A DNA stretch of 64,000 nt from a virus. This document shows, in pieces, positions 12,276-19,575 of this stretch; the first letter of the stretch is position 1; each line of letters starts with the position of its first letter. The notes under the pieces were generated by a model. The model was not told the origin of the DNA and did no database searches. It saw only the letters and a program-made list of their open reading frames with translations. Both the position numbers and the translations under genes were made by a program. The DNA is taken from IMG/VR virus record IMGVR_UViG_3300023181_000005, positions 5,427 to 69,426 of that record. One strand, written 5' to 3'.

Positions 12276-12763
12276 TACAGTTGGCTCGCCTCCTTGAAAA
12301 GTGCATCTACTTGAGAATCGGTCCATGCCATTTTCTCTTGCAGGAAAAGGACCAGTTGGTTTGTGCGTGTAAATGTTCCACGCGACTGCCATTCGGTTTG
12401 CATCACCAATCGAGTGTCGGTGTTGGGCTCGCTATTCACAAAACCTATGGCATCCATACGCTTGCCTGCATTATGAAGCCATAGCTTGAGTTGCGCGTTG
12501 CAAATGTCAGGCACTTCAGCGCGAAGCTCGGAAGGAGTTTTATCTGCAATATCCCAGCCGTAGATGTACGCCGTTTTGCCCGCATTGATCCCATTGCGAG
12601 GAATCGCTTTTTGAGTGCTTGTTAATGTTGGCGCAGGGTCATGAACAATTATCACCTCAATCTTGCCCGTTGGAGGAATGCCAGGAACGCCATCAACAAT
12701 GTAGCCATTAGGCCACAATGGCCCACATAGGCTTTCACCCTCCAGATCGTAAAATTGTGTCAT
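12275..12763 (-). CDS. Putative tail-fibre-associated/assembly protein
   Basis: Follows the fibre genes; C-terminal WTDSQVDALFKEA motif typical of small fibre-associated phage proteins. Confidence 0.5.
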   Translation of the reverse strand: MTQFYDLEGESLCGPLWPNGYIVDGVPGIPPTGKIEVIIVHDPAPTLTSTQKAIPRNGINAGKTAYIYGWDIADKTPSELRAEVPDICNAQLKLWLHNAGKRMDAIGFVNSEPNTDTRLVMQTEWQSRGTFTRTNQLVLFLQEKMAWTDSQVDALFKEASQL

Positions 12764-12769
12764 AGTGGA

Positions 12770-13426
12770 TTAAAATGCGGATGATGAAGCCTGAACCACA
12801 TCGTAGTAAGTACGAAGGGCTGCGATAGATGTAGTGGTTCCAAGATACAGCCTATCAGCATTGGATGTGCTTGTGCCATCAGATGACACGCAGGTTTTAT
12901 TTGAGCTTGCGACAAAAGTTGGCTTCACATCAGAAGTGGCCCAGCCTGCCCTAGCAATCGCGTTAGAGCCAGTACCCTTGACGTATTCAAACCAAATCCA
13001 AATAGTCGTGCCTGTTGGCATCGTGTCGGAGGATTGGTTGAGCGTGCCCCCTGAAGCGGTGACAGTTAGGAGGCGAGTGCCGCGACTGGTTAACGTAGCT
13101 AATAGTGTGGTACCGTTACGGATTGAAGCGATAACAGCGTTGGATGTTGGCGTTGCAGCAACCTGAAACTGGAACTTTACAAAGAGCGAGCTTTGCGATG
13201 TGAAGGCGGTGAATGTCGATCCTGTTTGAGATACCAAGTTGATTTCAAGAGTCTGTGTGCCTTGAATAACCACAGCACTTTGCGCTGGAGACACCGTACC
13301 AGTCCCAGCGCCAGTCCATGTTTCACCGTTATCGTAACCCGTTGTAGGAGTTTCAAACGTCTGGTTTACAAGAAGGGCCTGACCCCTCCTTCGGCTGCTG
13401 GCAATGACTGATAGGATTCGGCTCAT
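12770..13426 (-). CDS. Thr/Ser-rich beta-sandwich (lectin-like) fibre-tip/receptor-binding candidate
   Basis: 218 aa beta-rich ORF coupled to the collagen gene. Confidence 0.5.
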   Translation of the reverse strand: MSRILSVIASSRRRGQALLVNQTFETPTTGYDNGETWTGAGTGTVSPAQSAVVIQGTQTLEINLVSQTGSTFTAFTSQSSLFVKFQFQVAATPTSNAVIASIRNGTTLLATLTSRGTRLLTVTASGGTLNQSSDTMPTGTTIWIWFEYVKGTGSNAIARAGWATSDVKPTFVASSNKTCVSSDGTSTSNADRLYLGTTTSIAALRTYYDVVQASSSAF

Positions 13427-14160
13427 TAAACAAGATCCCAGATGTTCGTCCCCACTTTCTTTAGGGCGAAGGTGTTATTCTGAACCATGCTAGCAACCGC
13501 CGCGACATTGTTGATCGTGGCGCTGGTACTGAAAGTTGGAATGCCTGCCGCTGCAATGCGGAAGTCGATTTCAGTATTTGCCACCCATGCCTGAGTTACC
13601 TCAAGCGGAAGGGTGATTGTGCATGGCGACCCATTAGTGAGGCGAAGGTACTTGCCAGCATCAGCTAGGGCGAGGCTGTAGGTTGTGCCAGTAACAGTGC
13701 CTACTGGAGCATAAGGAGCGCCAGTTGGACCCGCTGGACCTGGAGGTCCAGTTCCGCCTGCTGGGCCGGTTGGACCCGTTGGCCCTGTGCCACCAGCGGG
13801 ACCAGGAGGCCCTGTTCCGCCAGGAGTTCCTGGTGAACCAGTGCTGCCTGTTGGCCCGGCTGGACCAGGAGAGCCTGGAGTTCCAGGTGCGCCGTTAGGA
13901 CCAGTCGGCCCCGTTGGTCCAGGGCTTCCTGCTGGACCTGGGGACCCCGCAGGGCCGGGGCCACCAGGGGAACCTGTAGCCCCCGTGGGACCACTCGCGC
14001 CCGTTGGACCTGTAGATCCAGGTGAGCCGGGAGCGCCTGGACTACCCGGAGGACCAGGAGCGCCAGTTGGGCCAAATGGCACGCCAATAGCCGTCTGCAT
14101 AGCCGCTTGGTCTGCGGCCTGCATGAAGGTATCTACGGCGGGTGATGTTACGAGGTCCAT
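13426..14160 (-). CDS. Second collagen-like fibre protein
   Basis: About 40 uninterrupted Gly-X-Y triplets ([12 protein letters not shown]), then a [12 protein letters not shown]...TITLP...KKVGTNIW domain common in phage fibres. Confidence 0.9.
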   Translation of the reverse strand: MDLVTSPAVDTFMQAADQAAMQTAIGVPFGPTGAPGPPGSPGAPGSPGSTGPTGASGPTGATGSPGGPGPAGSPGPAGSPGPTGPTGPNGAPGTPGSPGPAGPTGSTGSPGTPGGTGPPGPAGGTGPTGPTGPAGGTGPPGPAGPTGAPYAPVGTVTGTTYSLALADAGKYLRLTNGSPCTITLPLEVTQAWVANTEIDFRIAAAGIPTFSTSATINNVAAVASMVQNNTFALKKVGTNIWDLV

Positions 14161-14237
14161 GAATTAAGGTCTGTAGTATGTCGATGTCCCGTCTGGCCTT
14201 ATATAGCGACTTACCCCATCGGGTCTGAAGTAAGTCG

Positions 14238-14672
14238 CTAAACTCCCCCCGGAAGTTGGGTGCTTCCTATGTTGCTTGAGGGGCCGTAGCCCGCATCGTT
14301 TCGGGGTCTGATCTCAAATGCGTAAACTCCAATTGTAGGAGTTTGGTCTGTATTGAGGAAAAGGTTAGTTGTACTGGCAAGAAAAGCAAAGCTGCCCGCA
14401 TCAACCTTCATCCAAACTTCATAAGTAAACCCAGGCGATCCCGTGCGATTGCTGGCTGTCCATGCCAAATTTGCCACAAAGCTCGCTATCTCAGCGTCCA
14501 CCATGAGGATAGGTGCAACACTTGGAGGCTGAGGCGTTGCATTACCCGCATCAGCCCATCCCCCAGGCATCACGGGGCGAAACTTACCAAGCTGCGTAAA
14601 TCCACCATCCAGCACCCGCTTCAGCGAAGGGGTTTGAGCAAATCCTGGGGATATGATGCGCTTATACGACAT
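14238..14672 (-). CDS. Fibronectin-III-like virion protein (extends to 14164 in the -1 frame)
   Basis: LAWTAS...YEV...YAFEIRPRNDAGYGPSS is the FN3 pattern; see the frameshift finding. Confidence 0.7.
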   Translation of the reverse strand: MSYKRIISPGFAQTPSLKRVLDGGFTQLGKFRPVMPGGWADAGNATPQPPSVAPILMVDAEIASFVANLAWTASNRTGSPGFTYEVWMKVDAGSFAFLASTTNLFLNTDQTPTIGVYAFEIRPRNDAGYGPSSNIGSTQLPGGV

Positions 14673-14675
14673 CGA

Positions 14676-15020
14676 CTAGGATTGAGTGATGGTCAGAATA
14701 AGGTCATCATCAGAAGCCGCGCCGTTGACGTAAACGAATGTTAACGTAGCAACCGTTGCCCCATTCATTTTGAATGTCTGAGTCTGAATGTTGTTGGTGC
14801 CGCCGTAGTAAGTGAAGGCTTGTGAGTTGAATGTCGGGATACTGAAGCTGCTGCCATTGGAGACAGTAACAACAATACCGCCACCGCCAGCGCCCCCGCC
14901 CCCAAGGGTGACGAAGATTTGGCGCAGCAAATCAACTTCTTGATCGCCAACGAATGACGCACCAATACCAGTGATGGCCTGAGCCGCCGCCGCGTTTGAG
15001 TAAAGATTACCAACAATCAT
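14676..15020 (-). CDS. Hypothetical virion protein
   Basis: 114 aa with a Gly linker, tiles the operon. Confidence 0.6.
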   Translation of the reverse strand: MIVGNLYSNAAAAQAITGIGASFVGDQEVDLLRQIFVTLGGGGAGGGGIVVTVSNGSSFSIPTFNSQAFTYYGGTNNIQTQTFKMNGATVATLTFVYVNGAASDDDLILTITQS

Positions 15021-15032
15021 AAAGGTGTGGGA

Positions 15033-15359
15033 TTAGTAGCCAGTCGCTTTGGCAGCTTCGCGCAAGGTTGGGGCGGTTGATTCGACAGCGGCAATTTCCT
15101 CTTCAGGCATTACCTCTTCCTCAACTTCCATTTCTTCCTCTTCAGGATTATCGCCAAGAGCGATGCCGTTAATGGATTCGATCACAACCTGACCGCCTTC
15201 CATCTTGCATTTAGCGACCACATCGAAGGTTTCGCCATCGCGCACATCGTCGGGCTGCTTAAAGCCAGGAGGAGGAGCGAACGAGACAGTTGTCGATTCA
15301 GCCACCTCTTCGGCTTCGGGGGCCTCAAGGGCCATCATGGATTCAAGTGGGTTCGCCAT
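15033..15359 (-). CDS. Acidic hypothetical protein downstream of MCP
   Basis: 108 aa Glu-rich ORF. Confidence 0.6.
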   Translation of the reverse strand: MANPLESMMALEAPEAEEVAESTTVSFAPPPGFKQPDDVRDGETFDVVAKCKMEGGQVVIESINGIALGDNPEEEEMEVEEEVMPEEEIAAVESTAPTLREAAKATGY

Positions 15360-15390
15360 AATTGAGGTTGCTAACTTTTGAAATACGGTC

Positions 15391-15432
15391 TAAATAAACA
15401 AGGCTCCAGCCGGTAACAGCCAGCTAGAGCCT
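15391..15432 (-). terminator. Intrinsic terminator of the MCP transcript
   Basis: Minus strand AGGCTCTAGCTGG-ctgtta-CCGGCTGGAGCCT followed by TGTTTATTT. Confidence 0.55.
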
Positions 15433-15455
15433 CTAACCTGTAACCCATCAACAAC

Positions 15456-16097
15456 ATGAGTCATCAAGCTGAACCCAGCATACGTCTGCGTGGTCATCCG
15501 CGCAAGGAATTGCCGAGCATTGAATTTTTGCGTGAGTGCTTCACGTACGAGCCGGAAAGCGGAATTTTGAGATGGAACAAGAGGCCGGTCCATCATTTTG
15601 TGGGTCAGGGGAAAGCGAATGCTTGGAATGCTAAGCTTGCTGGCAAAGAGGCTGGCAGCAAATGCTGTAGGCCGGATGGTTCCAAGCGGTATATGGACGT
15701 TGGGCTCGGCTCCTTCGGAAAGAAGGCGTGCCTCTACTCGGTCCATTTGATTATTTTCAAAATGCAGGGAGTTGATATTCCAGTTGGCCACGAGATTGAC
15801 CACAAGAATAGAGATCCCCAAGATAACCGATGGGAAAACCTTCGCGTGTGTACGCCTCAAAATAACACTTGGAACAGAAGGGGTCATCGCAAGAAAAAGT
15901 CAGGTCTACCTAAAGGTGTTTTTTGGGATAAGGGATGTTTAATGTCTAAAATCAGGACGAATGGAAAATATACTGGACTTGGATATTTTCATTCAATAGA
16001 GGAGGCTAGCAAAGCTTATGAAGACGCATGCAATGCTTTTCACGGAGACTTTGCCTGCCCCTCCAATTCCCCTCAAGTACCTCTTGAGGGGCTATAG
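15456..16097 (+). CDS. HNH endonuclease with AP2-like C-terminus (free-standing homing endonuclease)
   Basis: FTYEPESGIL, EIDHKNRDPQDNRWENLRVCTPQNN, KGV...LGYFHSIEEASKAY...FHGDFA. Confidence 0.9.
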   Translation: MSHQAEPSIRLRGHPRKELPSIEFLRECFTYEPESGILRWNKRPVHHFVGQGKANAWNAKLAGKEAGSKCCRPDGSKRYMDVGLGSFGKKACLYSVHLIIFKMQGVDIPVGHEIDHKNRDPQDNRWENLRVCTPQNNTWNRRGHRKKKSGLPKGVFWDKGCLMSKIRTNGKYTGLGYFHSIEEASKAYEDACNAFHGDFACPSNSPQVPLEGL

Positions 16098-16103
16098 GTT
16101 GCT

Positions 16104-17276
16104 CTAGTATGAGCAACCTAGGATTCCTACCTGTGGGCACCTACGGACACGCAGTACATAGCCATAACGGATCTTAGCAGGCTTCCACGCGGCTTGGAGA
16201 GGAGCGTAGTACTTGCCAATGTTGCTTAGCGGATTTTCAGTCTCGCTCGGAATGTTCTTCCAGAGCAATTGACCACTCCAATTGACTGCTTGGCCGGAAG
16301 TCATGCCGCCAACCGACCCAAGTGGCTTCGGCATCTGGCGAATCACAACCTCAGGGTGCCACAGATACACATCTTCAAACTCAGCGTTCGTGTAAGCGGC
16401 GCTCACATTAGCCTCAAGGCCGATGGTTGTTGCACTCGATGTGTAGTATGGACGAGGCACCCAAGCGCCGTTCACAAAGTCGTAACGAGGCATGCGGTTG
16501 TCGATACAGTGCATGAAGCCACCGTACACACGGTCAACACCCCAACTTTGCATCAGAACAGCACCATCGCTCTTGCCGGAGTCAGCCCAACGGAAGTCAT
16601 CACGAACGGAAGGATCGCCCTTGATAACGTCACGGCTACGTTCCATCGACATGATGGCCGTAATGAGAGGAGCGCCGTTGCGTTTAGCGTAAGCTTCCTT
16701 GCCGCCACCATCTTGGATGATGCGAACATAAAGCATGTCCAGCAAGCTCTGCGTGAGAATACTCGTCGCAGGAGTTGCTGGCATCGTGGTGCCGTTGGTC
16801 GTCTCGGTGAGAGACTGATTGTACACAATCTTGTGACCAGAGTTGAGGAAATACTTTTCCTTGTCCTTGTCTTCCCAGGTGTCGGTAACTTCGGCAACAA
16901 GGTTGTCTTGGATGGCCTTCACCTGATCCTCAAACATGTAACCACGCCGAGCATCTTCAAAGCAGATAGGCGCAGACTTGATCATGTTCGCTTCTGCCGT
17001 GTAGCTCAGAAGAGTCGAAGCAGGAGAAACAACGGAGGCGGAAGGAACGCAGTTATTAACGCTGCCGTCTTCTTGGACTACAGCCGTCCAGCCATTGCCG
17101 CCAATGCCAGTAGAACGCTGGTAAACGACGGAGTTGAAGTTGAAGCCCATGCCATCGGGCAGTTCGCCCTTTTCCATAAGAGCCGATACACGGCCCTCAT
17201 TACGCATGATTTCATAAATTTTACCCTGAAGACGCGAAGCATCTTGTTCAAAATAGTTGTCGAGAGGAGTTGCCAT
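16104..17276 (-). CDS. Major capsid protein
   Basis: 390 aa, follows portal and scaffold, has its own near-consensus promoter and long leader. Confidence 0.8.
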   Translation of the reverse strand: MATPLDNYFEQDASRLQGKIYEIMRNEGRVSALMEKGELPDGMGFNFNSVVYQRSTGIGGNGWTAVVQEDGSVNNCVPSASVVSPASTLLSYTAEANMIKSAPICFEDARRGYMFEDQVKAIQDNLVAEVTDTWEDKDKEKYFLNSGHKIVYNQSLTETTNGTTMPATPATSILTQSLLDMLYVRIIQDGGGKEAYAKRNGAPLITAIMSMERSRDVIKGDPSVRDDFRWADSGKSDGAVLMQSWGVDRVYGGFMHCIDNRMPRYDFVNGAWVPRPYYTSSATTIGLEANVSAAYTNAEFEDVYLWHPEVVIRQMPKPLGSVGGMTSGQAVNWSGQLLWKNIPSETENPLSNIGKYYAPLQAAWKPAKIRYGYVLRVRRCPQVGILGCSY

Positions 17277-17496
17277 ATTGGCGATGAAGTAAAGGAAGTT
17301 TGAGACTCCGCCTTGCTTCTTCGTCGGGCCACAAAGCCTGACGCAGCAAAGACGGTTGGCAGATGATCTGCCTCGTTGCGTGCATCAGGGGAGCAACCCT
17401 GAACTCCTCCTCATCGAAGGGCGTTTAGCTCTTTCTGTCTAAATCACCAAGGGAGCCACCTTAGCCCGTTAGACAACGGATTTAAGCTCTGTGGCA

Positions 17497-17525
17497 TTTA
17501 TAGTGAGTTAGACGATAAAGGTCAA
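17497..17525 (-). promoter_or_regulatory. sigma70-type promoter of MCP
   Basis: Minus strand TTGACC-N17-TATAAA, about 220 nt upstream of the MCP start. Confidence 0.7.
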
Positions 17526-17534
17526 ATGCTATTT

Positions 17535-18689
17535 TCAGCCAACTCCCTTTAGGGTCTGTGCAGCAGCGCCCATAAGAGTCAGCTTAGGCCCGCTATCTTG
17601 CTGTTGTGCTGGCGACTGACCATCCATAGAAGGACGGGCTGCGATCCTGGCTTTCTCAGCCTTCTTGAGAGCTTGCAGTTCGGCCCGCATCTCCAAGAAC
17701 TGTTTGGTAATAGCTGGCAGCAAGACCGCAGCTTGAGCGTGATACGCACGATCCATCACCGTTTCAGGCTTAGGCGCGGCATCAAACTCCTTACGCAACT
17801 CAGGGTCATTCTTGAAGATTTCGGCAAACTTCGGACCAATGCTACTCGCCACTTCCTTGTAGGCATTGGAGTACTCAGCTTCCGATTTCTGCGTTTCAGC
17901 AGCCGTCATCTTCTCCTTCTCGCCCTTGAGCGAGGTTTGAATCTCCAAAGCTTTAGCTTTCAACTGCTTTTCCTTGGCTCCAATGTCATGCAAGGCTTTA
18001 GCGGCAATGTTTACCTCGGGCAGAATAGCAGACACATCCTCAGTAGATTCAGCCAGTACGGCAGCAACATCCTTCGCCCGCTTGAGGGGATTTGTCTCTT
18101 GAGTGGCCGCAAGGATCTTGTCTAGCGCGATGCCGGAGAACTCCGATACCTGCTGAAAGTACTCCATTTTCTCGTTCCACGGAGTCACTACGCTCTCAAT
18201 GAAGTGCGGTTGATTCTGCAAATCGAAGCCTGCACGCCACTTGCGATGATCTTCAAGCTCCTTGGAAACATCCTCAGGCACAGGCGGCTTAGTCTCGTAC
18301 TCTTGAAGCTTGGCACGAAGATGCTCCAACTCAGGTTTAAGAACCTTGTGCTCTGCCTCAATGGCGCGAAGCTCTTTCCAGCGGGATTCTTTTGGCGTGG
18401 CATCGCCCTGAACCTCAGTTTCCGCAGGCTTTTGCGTACTATCTACAGTAGCCTCCACCTCTTCAGCTTTCACCTCAGGAACTTTATCCCACGCGCTAGG
18501 CTTGGCGGTCTTGGCGTCCAGCTTAGGCGCTGGCGCTTCAGACTTAGGGGTTTGTTGCGCTGGCGGGGTTGGCGCTGCTGGTGCGGCAGGCGTACCATTG
18601 CCAGCCATCTGAGCAACGGTTGCGGCAGCGGCTTGACCGAGTGCGCTTGAAGAGAATCCTGGAACTGATGGGGCGGCGGCTTCTGACAT
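17535..18689 (-). CDS. Putative scaffolding protein
   Basis: Pro/Ala-rich N-terminus, long Glu/Lys coiled coils, directly upstream of MCP. Confidence 0.7.
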   Translation of the reverse strand: MSEAAAPSVPGFSSSALGQAAAATVAQMAGNGTPAAPAAPTPPAQQTPKSEAPAPKLDAKTAKPSAWDKVPEVKAEEVEATVDSTQKPAETEVQGDATPKESRWKELRAIEAEHKVLKPELEHLRAKLQEYETKPPVPEDVSKELEDHRKWRAGFDLQNQPHFIESVVTPWNEKMEYFQQVSEFSGIALDKILAATQETNPLKRAKDVAAVLAESTEDVSAILPEVNIAAKALHDIGAKEKQLKAKALEIQTSLKGEKEKMTAAETQKSEAEYSNAYKEVASSIGPKFAEIFKNDPELRKEFDAAPKPETVMDRAYHAQAAVLLPAITKQFLEMRAELQALKKAEKARIAARPSMDGQSPAQQQDSGPKLTLMGAAAQTLKGVG

Positions 18690-18691
18690 AA

Positions 18692-19030
18692 TTATTTGGG
18701 TTGGTTAGCAAGCTGGTACTCTTTCGATATTGAATCCTCAAACTCAGGGACTTCTACATCCACCATCTCATCGGGGGCCAAGTTGGGTGGGTACATCATG
18801 CCGCGCAGAGTTGCGATAGCTTCAGCAACGCCTTTACGGAACTGCCGGTCATGCGCCAAAGTCGAGTCATACGGCAGCCCTGGTCGTTGATCGGGGTCAG
18901 AGCGCGGAATAGCCGCCATTTCGATAGCTAGTAGCGCAGACTGAAATGTTGAGCTTTTTTGCAATTCAGCCAAGGCATCACGACGAATGCTCGACTTGCG
19001 GAACTGAGTGATTTGTGATGAAGAGAGCAT
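18692..19030 (-). CDS. Small hypothetical head-module protein
   Basis: 112 aa between portal and scaffold, coupled to the upstream gene. Confidence 0.6.
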   Translation of the reverse strand: MLSSSQITQFRKSSIRRDALAELQKSSTFQSALLAIEMAAIPRSDPDQRPGLPYDSTLAHDRQFRKGVAEAIATLRGMMYPPNLAPDEMVDVEVPEFEDSISKEYQLANQPK

Positions 19031-19575
19031 TAGGCTAATGGGTTGACTGGAATCTCATTCGACTCTTTAAGGCGTCTTGCCGTTTCCACGTAATCCACCC
19101 GCCAATCTGTTCGAGCACTAAATCTTCCGATATTGCTCAATGGATTGAGGCGTTCACTTGGGGCATTATTCCATTGCACAATATAAGGACCAAGAAGCTT
19201 TTTGGATTTAACTGAATCCATTAATGTTTTAGCTATATTTTCCGCGTGCTTCTGAAAAGCTTCGCTATCGCGTCTAGCATCCTCAAAGCACAACTTTTCG
19301 GAAAAAATTGGCTCCTCTACCACAAAAGTAGAACCAATTTCGCTGCATCTAAACCAATGATTTAACGCATCCTCCATTCTTTTTGCTTCCCCGCAAAAGA
19401 ATCGGTCCAGCGGAGTCGCCTGTGACCCCCATCCAATTAATTCCCGAGAGGACTTTATGGGCTCACTAGCCGCTACGGGAGTTGGTTCCGCCTGCGGTAC
19501 TAACGCTGGTGATTTGGTGGCAAATAAACCACTAAAGAAGGCTACTATTGTCTGAATGAAGCTTCGTTTTTTCAT
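19030..19575 (-). CDS. Miniature MCP paralogue with Tat-like N-terminal leader
   Basis: Shares ATPLD, CFEDARR and W.N.PSE..NPLSNIG blocks, in order, with the MCP; N-terminus MKKRSFIQTIVAFFSGLFA. Confidence 0.75.
   Translation of the reverse strand: MKKRSFIQTIVAFFSGLFATKSPALVPQAEPTPVAASEPIKSSRELIGWGSQATPLDRFFCGEAKRMEDALNHWFRCSEIGSTFVVEEPIFSEKLCFEDARRDSEAFQKHAENIAKTLMDSVKSKKLLGPYIVQWNNAPSERLNPLSNIGRFSARTDWRVDYVETARRLKESNEIPVNPLA

Noticed and set aside
16068-16090. CCCCTCAAG/CTTGAGGGG hairpin resembling the T7 T-phi terminator
   Set aside because: No U tract and no phage RNA polymerase gene in the window; kept only as a possible hairpin.
16269-17303. 344 aa plus-strand ORF (also 20847-21896, 17598-18125, 3244-3894)
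   Set aside because: Antisense to MCP, portal, scaffold or the giant protein; explained by codon bias, with no recognisable motifs.
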